Virus record (IMG/VR): IMGVR_UViG_3300037504_001591 | Location: 1-59,877 of that record | Source of the DNA: a virus | Taxonomy: Duplodnaviria; Caudoviricetes | DNA: 59,877 bases | Reading direction: 5' to 3' (one strand) | In this document: piece after piece, positions 9,637 to 17,952 of the stretch | How the letters are laid out: every line of letters starts with the position of its first letter | Numbering within the stretch: the first letter of the stretch is position 1 | Translations under genes and position numbers: made by a program | The notes under the pieces: generated by a model | Database searches by the model: none | The model's input: the letters and a program-made list of their open reading frames with translations, nothing else | Told to the model about the DNA's origin: nothing

Positions 9637-10158
9637 TTATTTTATTCTCAAATAATAACTAAACTCCGCCACTACCCCATCAGGTAACTCACCCGTTGCT
9701 TTGTAATCGTCTTGAATTGCTACCAAATTAGGTTTTAAAAGAACATATTTTTCATTACTTTCTTTAAGATCTTCTATATCTTCTACTATAATTTTAGGTC
9801 TACCTGATCTCATAATTTTTAATGTATGAGGTTTTAAATCAATATCCTGTAACTCGTGATTTTGCATTTCTGTAAAAATAATATCTCTAACAGCATCTTT
9901 CATTTTATCTAGTTTTGATTTTGCATCTCTATAAACTCTTAACTTTTTTTCGTAAAAAGATATATCCGCCTCAATCTCATCAATATAATTAACAAGATTT
10001 TTCAACATATCCTCGAAATTTTCCTGTGCCTCTAAAATACGACTTTTAGCATCCTCAGGCATTTCTCCTGTTTCATCGACTTCTTTATAAATTTCTAATA
10101 AAACATTAGAATATTTATCGGAAACACCCTCTAATTGACGGTTTTTATCCATATTCAT
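9637..10158 (-). CDS. Siphovirus Gp157 family protein
   Basis: EVDETGEM, acidic coiled coil, PNLVAIQDDYKATGELPDGV...YLRIK C-terminus. Confidence 0.8.
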   Translation of the reverse strand: MNMDKNRQLEGVSDKYSNVLLEIYKEVDETGEMPEDAKSRILEAQENFEDMLKNLVNYIDEIEADISFYEKKLRVYRDAKSKLDKMKDAVRDIIFTEMQNHELQDIDLKPHTLKIMRSGRPKIIVEDIEDLKESNEKYVLLKPNLVAIQDDYKATGELPDGVVAEFSYYLRIK

Positions 10159-10243
10159 AATCTTACCTCCTTTAAAATTAAAATATATATAAAATATATA
10201 TATATATTTTTACTAAAAAAAATAAAATAGTTAAGTTAGTTAA

Positions 10244-10753
10244 CTATTTTATTTCTAACTTTACTAAAATTTTTCTTAAACTAAAATAAGATTTTTCTAG
10301 TTTAATATTCATATTAAAAGATACTTTTTTATCCTTAATCTCATCTTCAAATATATTTCTAATAGCTCTATCTATTTCCTCGAGTATAGGGTATCTTTTT
10401 GAACTTTCAAAATAGAGTATCCTCTTTTCTCTATCAACAGCTATAATAAAAGACGCCGTTTTATAAAATCCTGTGTGTTTTAGATTGAACCCATAATCAA
10501 CTAAATTAACTTCAACTTTAGGTTGTTTTCTTAAAGGCTCTACCATCATTTCCCTATAATGATTTAAACCTATAGCTGTAGTCCTGCCTTGAAGATACTG
10601 CCTTATAAGGCTTTCAATTAAAAACGATGGTAAAAGCCTATACTTTATACATATTTTTTCTATTTCTCTATACAACTCTGCATCAATCGAAAAATGACTT
10701 TTTTTTCTAAAAAGTCTTTTAATAAAAGATAATATTTTTAGTAAAGAATACAT
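10244..10753 (-). CDS. Putative DNA-binding protein with ribbon-helix-helix-like N-terminal domain
   Basis: HFSIDAELYREIEKIC...PSFLIESLIRQYL. Confidence 0.55.
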   Translation of the reverse strand: MYSLLKILSFIKRLFRKKSHFSIDAELYREIEKICIKYRLLPSFLIESLIRQYLQGRTTAIGLNHYREMMVEPLRKQPKVEVNLVDYGFNLKHTGFYKTASFIIAVDREKRILYFESSKRYPILEEIDRAIRNIFEDEIKDKKVSFNMNIKLEKSYFSLRKILVKLEIK

Positions 10754-10776
10754 TTTAACTCCTTAAAATATAATTA

Positions 10777-10989
10777 TTAATTTGTTACTTTCTCTTTCTC
10801 ATCAAGTACTTCCTTAACTGCTCTTATATATCGGTCTAAATTAGCCTCGATAATATCGCTTAATATTAAAGATACTTTAATGCCAGAATAGTCGGAAAAA
10901 TCTTTAATCCTTTCATAAACATCATAACTAAAAGTAGCAGATAAAGTTTCTCTCCTTTTCTTTATAGATCTTCTTAAATCATCCATCAT
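10777..10989 (-). CDS. Ribbon-helix-helix (CopG/Arc-like) regulator
   Basis: LSATFSYDVYERIKDFSDYSGIKVSLILSDIIE; AAGGAGG SD. Confidence 0.7.
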   Translation of the reverse strand: MMDDLRRSIKKRRETLSATFSYDVYERIKDFSDYSGIKVSLILSDIIEANLDRYIRAVKEVLDEKEKVTN

Positions 10990-11023
10990 TTGCCTCCTTG
11001 TTTATCAATAAAAGATAAACAAA

Positions 11024-11082
11024 AAATTTTTATATATTATATATATATATAAAAATTTATACAAATTTCTTAAAAAAGTCAA
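11024..11082 (-). promoter_or_regulatory. Sigma70-type promoter overlapped by a 14-bp inverted repeat (candidate operator)
   Basis: TTGACT(11082-11077)-17-TAAATT; arms AAATTTTTATATAT 11024-11037 and ATATATAAAAATTT 11045-11058. Confidence 0.65.
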
Positions 11083-11101
11083 TTAAAATTTATAATTATT
11101 T

Positions 11102-11407
11102 TTAATTAATTTCTTTATTCAATAACCCAATAATTTTTCTTTTATATTTTAAAACAGGTTTAACTTCATTTTTTGAATTTTTAAAAGTATAATGTGTACC
11201 TTCAAGAGTTATTATAGAGTATCCTTTTAGAAGATGATCCATAAAAACTTCATGATAGGTAACAAGTACTTCCCTAACATCCGCTTTTCTTATTCTTGTT
11301 TTCTTACATATCTTTAACACAATATCTTCCATATCAATAAATCTATCTCTCTTGTGTTTTCTTATTTTCTTTTTTTCCTTCTTAAAAGGAATATCAAATT
11401 TTGACAA
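11102..11407 (-). CDS. HU/IHF-like DNA-binding protein
   Basis: DIVLKICKKTRIRKADVREVL....EVFMDHLLKGYSIITLEG matches HU helix/strand pattern; TTG start with AAGGAG. Confidence 0.65.
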   Translation of the reverse strand: MSKFDIPFKKEKKKIRKHKRDRFIDMEDIVLKICKKTRIRKADVREVLVTYHEVFMDHLLKGYSIITLEGTHYTFKNSKNEVKPVLKYKRKIIGLLNKEIN

Positions 11408-11547
11408 AATAACTCCTTAATAAAAGCATTTAAATAATAAGTTATATTCAATAATACTTTTATATTAAATATCTTAAAAGTATCAAATTTTAACCCATTT
11501 TATGCAAATAAAAATAAATCTGTATTAATTCACATATATATAATATA

Positions 11548-11576
11548 AATATAATAAATATTTACAAAAAAGTCAA
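11548..11576 (-). promoter_or_regulatory. Sigma70-type promoter
   Basis: TTGACT-17-TATATT upstream of the HU-like gene. Confidence 0.65.
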
Positions 11577-11806
11577 GTATTCTTATTAATTTTTATGTGT
11601 TAATTTTATAAATTTGGGTTATTAACTTCGGAATGTTAACAATTCAAATTTTTTTTAAAAAAAATTTAAAAAATTTTTTAGATAATATAGAAAAGGGAAA
11701 GATATAAATTTTGGAAGTATACTAAATTTTTTTTGTGCATATTTTTGCTAGTATACGATGTATAAAGACGTGTCTTTTATTTTTTTTTCTTTTTTTTTAA
11801 TTTGTT

Positions 11807-11848
11807 TTTACTTTACTTTAAGTTTATCTTTACTTTACTTTAAGTTTA
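11807..11848. repeat. Tandem 20-bp direct repeat TTTACTTTACTTTAAGTTTA, 22-bp period
   Basis: Copies at 11807-11826 and 11829-11848. Confidence 0.85.
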
Positions 11849-11880
11849 ATGATTAATTATGCTTTAACTTTACTTATAAC

Positions 11881-11908
11881 CGTTTCGTTTCTCATACAAA
11901 ACGAAACG
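11881..11908. repeat. 10-bp inverted repeat / hairpin CGTTTCGTTT-N8-AAACGAAACG
   Basis: Direct reading. Confidence 0.85.
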
Positions 11909-11968
11909 AGTTAATCGACAAGTCTTTATTTCTTTGCCATACCTCTCTCTAAATTTTTTAATTTAGAG

Positions 11969-11998
11969 ATTATATATTGAATATAATATATATATCAA
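11969..11998 (-). promoter_or_regulatory. Candidate sigma70 promoter TTGATA-18-TATAAT
   Basis: Consensus match upstream of a hairpin, SD and mini-ORF; AT-rich context weakens it. Confidence 0.45.
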
Positions 11999-12031
11999 TA
12001 TTAAAAAAGAATTATATTAAATTTCTATTAA

Positions 12032-12092
12032 GTACATGTACGTAGTACTTAATAAGTACATGTACGTAAAATTTATCATGTACATGTACGTA
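12032..12092. repeat. Three GTACATGTACGTA repeats at exact 24-bp period (iteron/operator-like)
   Basis: Starts at 12032, 12056, 12080; core GTACATGTAC is a perfect palindrome. Confidence 0.9.
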
Positions 12093-12211
12093 GAATTTTT
12101 GATATATTTAAATTTTTTATATAATTAAAATATATAATAGATTTTTATATCAAATTTTATTCAAATTTCCCTTTATAGCTTAAAGATTTATCCATAAATT
12201 TATGAAAATAT

Positions 12212-12240
12212 TTGACTTTTTTCCCTTTTTTGATTAAATT
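12212..12240 (+). promoter_or_regulatory. Sigma70-type promoter
   Basis: TTGACT-17-TAAATT, same boxes as the 11082 promoter. Confidence 0.7.
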
Positions 12241-12246
12241 TAAAGT

Positions 12247-12460
12247 AGAGTTACTTATTATATCTTTAAATTTAGTTTACTCTCCGCTTCTTCTCTTGAT
12301 GAGAAGAGCGGGAGTAGCTTTATTTTAAGTAAAGATATTACCGATAGAGTTAATTCTCAATTAATACAGAATTATCAAAAACCAAACGCAAGTGAGCACG
12401 GGGGAGCCCGAAAACTCTCGGGTTTGCTCTCTTTAAATTAAACTCTGTAAACCCCTTACA
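12247..12460 (+). ncRNA. Candidate structured leader RNA / ncRNA
   Basis: GC-rich stems TACTCTCCGCTTCTTCTC/GAGAAGAGCGGGAGTA and GGGGAGCCCGA/TCGGGTTTGCTCTC between promoter and AGGAGG SD. Confidence 0.45.
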
Positions 12461-12472
12461 TTATAGGAGGAT

Positions 12473-12799
12473 ATGATGTATAATTTAGAAGATGAGGATT
12501 TTGAAAAAGTATATCAAGAAGTTTCTTTTGAATTGAAAAATTATTCTTATAAAGAATATATAAAAAAAATTATAAAAGAAGAGTCATTTATAATTAAAAT
12601 AAAAAAAATTGCAATATTTATTATGATATGTTATGGAGATGAAAATAAAATTGAAATAGGAAGAAATTCTTTTAGAATAATGTTATCAATTATATCTATC
12701 CACACAAATATAGGAGAGCAAGTTTATGCTATAACATGGGTAGGTACTCTCTTTATGAAAATTGTAAAAATATTATATGAGGATTTGGAGGTTATGTAA
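12473..12799 (+). CDS. Hypothetical protein
   Basis: AGGAGG SD, downstream of promoter 12212. Confidence 0.7.
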   Translation: MMYNLEDEDFEKVYQEVSFELKNYSYKEYIKKIIKEESFIIKIKKIAIFIMICYGDENKIEIGRNSFRIMLSIISIHTNIGEQVYAITWVGTLFMKIVKILYEDLEVM

Positions 12800-13195
12800 T
12801 TGAATAAAAAATATTACGAAGAAAATAAAGATAAATTAATAGAAAGAAGTAAAGAATATTATAAAAAAAATAAAGATAAAATATTAGCATCAAAAGATCC
12901 AGAAAAGCAAAAAAAGTATAGCAAAAGGTATTACCGTAGACATAAAGATAAAGTTAGTAATTATAATAAAGAATACTACCAAAAAAATAAAGATAAAATT
13001 CAAAAAAGAAGAAAACAAAGAGAAAATAAAAACAAAGAATACCAAAAAAAATATAGAAGAGAACATAAGAAGAAGAATAAATTATATCAAAGAGAATATA
13101 GAAAGAAAAAGAAAAGAGAAAAAGAATTATTACTAAATTCTACTCATACCCTCCTGGAGATCAAGAAGCATATAGATTATGAATCTTCTTCTTGA
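12800..13195 (+). CDS. Lys/Tyr-rich repeat protein resembling the N-terminal repeats of phage HNH endonucleases, no nuclease domain
   Basis: Repeated (K/E)YYxxNKDKI units; GGAGG SD and TTG start. Confidence 0.65.
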   Translation: MNKKYYEENKDKLIERSKEYYKKNKDKILASKDPEKQKKYSKRYYRRHKDKVSNYNKEYYQKNKDKIQKRRKQRENKNKEYQKKYRREHKKKNKLYQREYRKKKKREKELLLNSTHTLLEIKKHIDYESSS

Positions 13196-14804
13196 TCTCT
13201 TTTACTTGTATTGTCATAGAGTTTATAGAGGAAAGAATTTCTTTTACTTTTCTTTCCTCTTTTTCTTTAGATAGCTCATCTCTTAATTTATTAATATAAC
13301 TTATTAAATAATCTAATTTTAATATTAATATTTGAATTAATAACTCATCAAAATTTTTATATTTATCTATGTTATCCTTTAACATATTATCTAATTTTCT
13401 TTGCTCTATTTTAGATAAAGCCTTTTTAAGCTCATTTTCATTTGTAAATTTATTACTTTTTAGAAGTGTCAATAATTTTCTTACAAATAAATTTTTAAAG
13501 ATGTCTTTTGTAAGTTCATTAAGCTGCTCTCTTATAAAATCCGTATGTAAAAATAAAATAAAAACTGTAATTATAGATTCTTCTATTCTCCCTACATATT
13601 GACTTTTAGCATATTTTATAGTTTTTTCTATATTAGAATTCAATTTAAAATTCTTTAAAGCCTCTACATCTATATGTAATATTTTAGCAAGTTTATTTAT
13701 AACTAAGTCTTTTAGAATAGTATTATTAAAAGTTTCAAAAAAAGATATACACTTTTTTACATAAATTTCTTTTGATTTAATAGATTCGAAGTTAACACCT
13801 TTTTTAAACTTTTGTAATACAAAATCAATAGCATTTATGCTTTTTAAAATATTCTGTTGTAATTCCTCTAATGATAACTCTGCTGGATCTTTACCCTGTA
13901 AAACAACTATTTTTGTATCAATACTATATTTTAATAAAGTTTTTAAACTTTTAAAAGTAGCCTCAAGACCAGCTTTATCACCATCAAACATAAGTGTAAT
14001 TTCCTCAACACCTAATTTCTCTAATAAATCAATATGATTAGTAGTTAAGGATGTACCTAATACTGCAACAACATTATTATAACCTAATTTATAAAGATGA
14101 ATTACATCAAAATAACCTTCAACTATAATTACCGATTTTTTCAATGTAATATTTTTCTTATTTACATGTAATCCATATAAAAGCTCTCTTTTTTTAAAAA
14201 CATTATCTTCTTGTGAATTTAAATATTTAGGTTCTATTCTTTTTTCTAAAATAGTTCGACCTCCAAAACCAGCTATTTTACCATTTTTATTATAAATTGG
14301 AAATGTTATCCTATTATTAAATAGACCCTCATAACAAAATCCTATCTCAAAAAGATTTATAAGAGTATCATTTATATTTCTTTTATTCAAATAGTTTAAA
14401 ATATTATTATTTTTTGTATTTTTCAAATTGTTCTTAAATTTTTTATTTAGATTTTCATTTTCATTATATTTTTTCAATGCCTCTTTTATAGCTTTATCTA
14501 TGTTTTGATTGCCCGTAACTAATGTATACCCGTAAAAAGAAGCTACAGATTCTGCAGCTTCTCTAAAATTACAATTTCTTAGTAATTCAATGAAAGTAAA
14601 AACATCCCCACTTTTTTTACAACCAAAACAATAAAAACTATTTGTTTTTTCATAAATTACTAAAGATGGCTCAGTTTCATCATGAAAAGGGCATTTACAT
14701 TTGTAAAGATGCCCTATTTTCTTGACATCTATATATTGCATCAAAACTTCTAAAATTTTCACTTCCCCACGTAATTCTTCCACGGTTATTGTGTCTTTTT
14801 TCAT
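13161..14804 (-). CDS. dnaG: DNA primase
   Basis: CHC2 zinc finger CPFHDETEPS...FYCFGC, GFGGR, KYLNS, TOPRIM VEGYFDV and FDGDKAG. Confidence 0.97.
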   Translation of the reverse strand: MKKDTITVEELRGEVKILEVLMQYIDVKKIGHLYKCKCPFHDETEPSLVIYEKTNSFYCFGCKKSGDVFTFIELLRNCNFREAAESVASFYGYTLVTGNQNIDKAIKEALKKYNENENLNKKFKNNLKNTKNNNILNYLNKRNINDTLINLFEIGFCYEGLFNNRITFPIYNKNGKIAGFGGRTILEKRIEPKYLNSQEDNVFKKRELLYGLHVNKKNITLKKSVIIVEGYFDVIHLYKLGYNNVVAVLGTSLTTNHIDLLEKLGVEEITLMFDGDKAGLEATFKSLKTLLKYSIDTKIVVLQGKDPAELSLEELQQNILKSINAIDFVLQKFKKGVNFESIKSKEIYVKKCISFFETFNNTILKDLVINKLAKILHIDVEALKNFKLNSNIEKTIKYAKSQYVGRIEESIITVFILFLHTDFIREQLNELTKDIFKNLFVRKLLTLLKSNKFTNENELKKALSKIEQRKLDNMLKDNIDKYKNFDELLIQILILKLDYLISYINKLRDELSKEKEERKVKEILSSINSMTIQVKEIKKKIHNLYAS

Positions 14805-15699
14805 GGTATTTTCCTTTGTAATGATTAAAAAGTTTTAAAATACTGTAATTTACAATGACTTTACTATTACCGTACTTATTTTCTAATTCATTAATAGTAT
14901 ATTTCTTGAAAAAAAAATCTCTTAACAAATTTTTATATTCGGGTAATATTTTATTTATTGTTTCATTTATATCTTTTAACTGAAGATATTTTATCATATT
15001 ATCAATATTATATTTTTTTATATAAAGATAATTAGTTCGTATAGTTATTATACCCCTTCTTACACACATATTAAGTCTACCTGGCTTAAAATTACCTATA
15101 ATAGGTTCTAAATATTTGGATAAATTTATTTGACTATCATTAATATTAAGATAAAAAAAGATAAAAAGAGCTATAGCATATTTATCTGTTAATAAACTTG
15201 AAGTACAAATAATTTTTAAAAATTTCTCATTAAACTTATCTATAATAATATTATCAAGAACTTCATTTGATACATCATTATCTTTATCATAATTAGTTTT
15301 AATATAATTATTTAAAAAATATTCTACATCACCATCATCTATTCTCTCGGAATTAATAATAGCTAAATTCTTTTTGTTCTTATTATATTTATTTATTGCT
15401 CTTCGATGTAAAATGTAATAAACATATTTAAAATAATTATTATATTTTTCTATATCAAAAGTTCTAATAGATTTGATAAAATAATTATTTTCTTTATTTT
15501 TACCTGTTCCTATAAAATAATCTTGTAATATATCTTCTATATCTTCTCGACTCAATCTAAAATGATTATTAAGCATCGAAAAACAAACTTCATTTAAATC
15601 TTTATATAATAAATTATAATAATATTCTGGTTCTTTGTTTTTATCTATCATAGCAACAGTATTATTAATATTTTTAATTTTATATGAAATATTTTTCAT
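14695..15699 (-). CDS. Divergent sigma70/ECF-like factor
   Basis: EDIEDILQDYF...IRTFD...FKYVYYILHRRAINKY region-2-like segment, C-terminal YTINELENKYG HTH-like segment. Confidence 0.6.
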   Translation of the reverse strand: MKNISYKIKNINNTVAMIDKNKEPEYYYNLLYKDLNEVCFSMLNNHFRLSREDIEDILQDYFIGTGKNKENNYFIKSIRTFDIEKYNNYFKYVYYILHRRAINKYNKNKKNLAIINSERIDDGDVEYFLNNYIKTNYDKDNDVSNEVLDNIIIDKFNEKFLKIICTSSLLTDKYAIALFIFFYLNINDSQINLSKYLEPIIGNFKPGRLNMCVRRGIITIRTNYLYIKKYNIDNMIKYLQLKDINETINKILPEYKNLLRDFFFKKYTINELENKYGNSKVIVNYSILKLFNHYKGKYHEKRHNNRGRITWGSENFRSFDAIYRCQENRASLQM

Positions 15700-15711
15700 C
15701 TAATTACCCTC

Positions 15712-16455
15712 TTATATTAAATTTAGAAATAAAGGACATTCATCATAAAAAGGACATTGCCCTGTCTTATATTTACAAAAGGGATTTCTTCTAGGTTTAA
15801 AATATTCATCTCGTAATATCATATCTTTCAAATTCGTAATTTTTAAATGAACACTATTTAAATGTTTTCTCTTTATTTTCTTTTCATAAAAAGAATTATA
15901 TCTAAGAAAATATATTATACAATTAAAAGTATCTGGAATAATTTTCCCATCATTTAATAGTTTTAAAGCTATTAAATAAGCATAAAACTCAAATTGTAAC
16001 CAATCTACATACTCATACTTAGTATTTTTTGAGGTTTTGAAATCAACAATAGTTAGTTCTTTTTTACTATTTTTGTTATATTTTACTTGTACATCTATTA
16101 TACCTTTATAATTTACACCATCATTTTCAATGTTAATTTCTTCTTCACTTACAACCTTATATGCCTCATCCAACTTTAAATCTTTAATAAAAGTATTTGA
16201 CCGATTACCTCCGATTATTTTTAAAGCCTCTTTTCTTTCTTCATCATCTTCTAAAAGCTCTAAAATAACCGAAGGTATTTTTTTACTAGTTATCTCTTTT
16301 TTTATTATTTTTTCACAAATAGTATGAACTGCTCTACCAATCCTAAGTTGAGGTGCATCTATTTTTATTTTATGTATATACTGCCTTTTAAATCTATACG
16401 GACATTTCTCATAAGTAGATATAGCCGAGTAACTAATATTAAAATTCGGTCTCAA
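15712..16455 (-). CDS. PD-(D/E)XK nuclease, Cas4/AddB/RecB-like
   Basis: SYSAISTYEKCPYRF, GRAVH, GIID...IVDFKT, QFEFYA, C-terminal C-x6-C-x5-C. Confidence 0.9.
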   Translation of the reverse strand: MRPNFNISYSAISTYEKCPYRFKRQYIHKIKIDAPQLRIGRAVHTICEKIIKKEITSKKIPSVILELLEDDEERKEALKIIGGNRSNTFIKDLKLDEAYKVVSEEEINIENDGVNYKGIIDVQVKYNKNSKKELTIVDFKTSKNTKYEYVDWLQFEFYAYLIALKLLNDGKIIPDTFNCIIYFLRYNSFYEKKIKRKHLNSVHLKITNLKDMILRDEYFKPRRNPFCKYKTGQCPFYDECPLFLNLI

Positions 16456-16466
16456 TTTTATCCCTC

Positions 16467-17612
16467 CTATATCTCTTCATCATCAAAACGCATAGGCATT
16501 ACAATAAAAAGAGTATTATCTTTATTTAAAGATTCACTGCTTATTTGTATTGGTTTTGCTTTTTCACTCGACATTTTAAATATAACTTCATCATCTTTCA
16601 CCTTACCTACAAAGTCATTAAGAAACTTAATATCTATTTTTGTTCTATAACCTTCTAAATCACCTTTTAAAACTTTGAAAGGTATCTCTGAAGTACTTTG
16701 ACCTATATTTTCTTCTAAAGTGTAAATTTTTGCTTGATTATCTTTTAGAAATTCTATAATTATTCCACAGTGTTTTATATATATTAAACTTGAGATTTCT
16801 CTTAATGTATTATGAAAAGTAACTGTATCAAAAGATACAGTTAAATCATTATCATTTGGTATAACCATTTTATAATCGGGATATTCACCAGCTCCTATAT
16901 TTCCTGCATAATAAAAATTATCTTTTAACTCGAAAATAAGTTGATTTTCAAAGATAGTTACTGTAATATCATGTGGAGATATTTTACAAAAAGATAAAAA
17001 AGCATTTAATAACCTCGATGGTATTATGAAAAATTTATCCTTTATCTCCTTATCAATATCAATATCAATACTTCTTGTAACTAACCTTTTTGCATCTGTC
17101 GCTGCTATTGCTAATACCTTGTCTTTTATATTAAAACAAATACTATCTAAGGGATATCTATGTGCCTCATTATCAACAGCAATTTTAGCAATATCAAGTG
17201 CATCAAATAAAATAAGAGGATCTACTGTAAAAGAACAAATCGGCTCGTTTTCAATTTGACGAGGTTCAATAGTTTCCATAATCTGCACTAAAGAATGCCT
17301 CGCTTTAGTTTTATCATTTGTAATTATTACTTTATTTTTATTGTCTTTTATAGTAATAACAGCTTCTTTATCAATAGTATTAATAATATTATTAAAACCA
17401 TCAAAAGGAACTGTAAATTTTGAAATATCATTCGACTCACAGTGTAAATGATATTTCATCACATTTTCATCACTTACATATGTAAGCGTACACTTATTAT
17501 GCTCTACTTCTATAGATAAAGCATTTTCTGGCTTTATGCCTTGTGCAATTGTAACTCCCTTACGAAACGCAGGTAAAACTGTGTTAAGTAATGAGCTTTG
17601 TATTTTTACCAT
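16467..17612 (-). CDS. dnaN: DNA polymerase III beta sliding clamp
   Basis: AATDAKRL, GEYPDYKMVIP, FIVMPMR C-terminus; ~380 aa; start moved to ATG 17612 behind GGAGG. Confidence 0.93.
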   Translation of the reverse strand: MVKIQSSLLNTVLPAFRKGVTIAQGIKPENALSIEVEHNKCTLTYVSDENVMKYHLHCESNDISKFTVPFDGFNNIINTIDKEAVITIKDNKNKVIITNDKTKARHSLVQIMETIEPRQIENEPICSFTVDPLILFDALDIAKIAVDNEAHRYPLDSICFNIKDKVLAIAATDAKRLVTRSIDIDIDKEIKDKFFIIPSRLLNAFLSFCKISPHDITVTIFENQLIFELKDNFYYAGNIGAGEYPDYKMVIPNDNDLTVSFDTVTFHNTLREISSLIYIKHCGIIIEFLKDNQAKIYTLEENIGQSTSEIPFKVLKGDLEGYRTKIDIKFLNDFVGKVKDDEVIFKMSSEKAKPIQISSESLNKDNTLFIVMPMRFDDEEI

Positions 17613-17952
17613 TACTAACCTCCAATAGTTTATATGTTTTATAAACAACTGTTAAAAAATATTTACTATCTTGATTCTGTTTAGGTAGATAATAAATATA
17701 ACCTTTTTTACCCATATATTTTATAAAGTTATTAAAATATTCTGGGTTTGTTAAATGCTCTGCCATTCCTTGAGATTTTGACAGATTCCTTAAATTTCTA
17801 TATCTTTCTTCATATTTATCTATATCCTTAGAAAACTGTTTATATGTTCTCTTATCATTTTTATGGAAAAATATATGAAGCATTGTATTATCTGGGAAAT
17901 TTATTTTTTCCCCTTGATGTGATAATACATTAGCAAATAAAAACAATTTCAT
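17584..17952 (-). CDS. Hypothetical protein
   Basis: ATGA-coupled to upstream gene with AGGAG SD. Confidence 0.65.
   Translation of the reverse strand: MKLFLFANVLSHQGEKINFPDNTMLHIFFHKNDKRTYKQFSKDIDKYEERYRNLRNLSKSQGMAEHLTNPEYFNNFIKYMGKKGYIYYLPKQNQDSKYFLTVVYKTYKLLEVSNGKNTKLIT

Noticed and set aside
11646-11680. 22-bp A/T palindrome as protelomerase site
   Set aside because: Low-complexity homopolymer; no protelomerase gene recognised
12032-12092. Mini-CRISPR array
   Set aside because: 13-bp repeats with 11-bp spacers are far too short
12296-12415. Hammerhead ribozyme (TTGATGAG...CGAAA) or c-di-GMP riboswitch
   Set aside because: CUGANGA core is imperfect and buried in a hairpin loop/stem; required stem topology is absent
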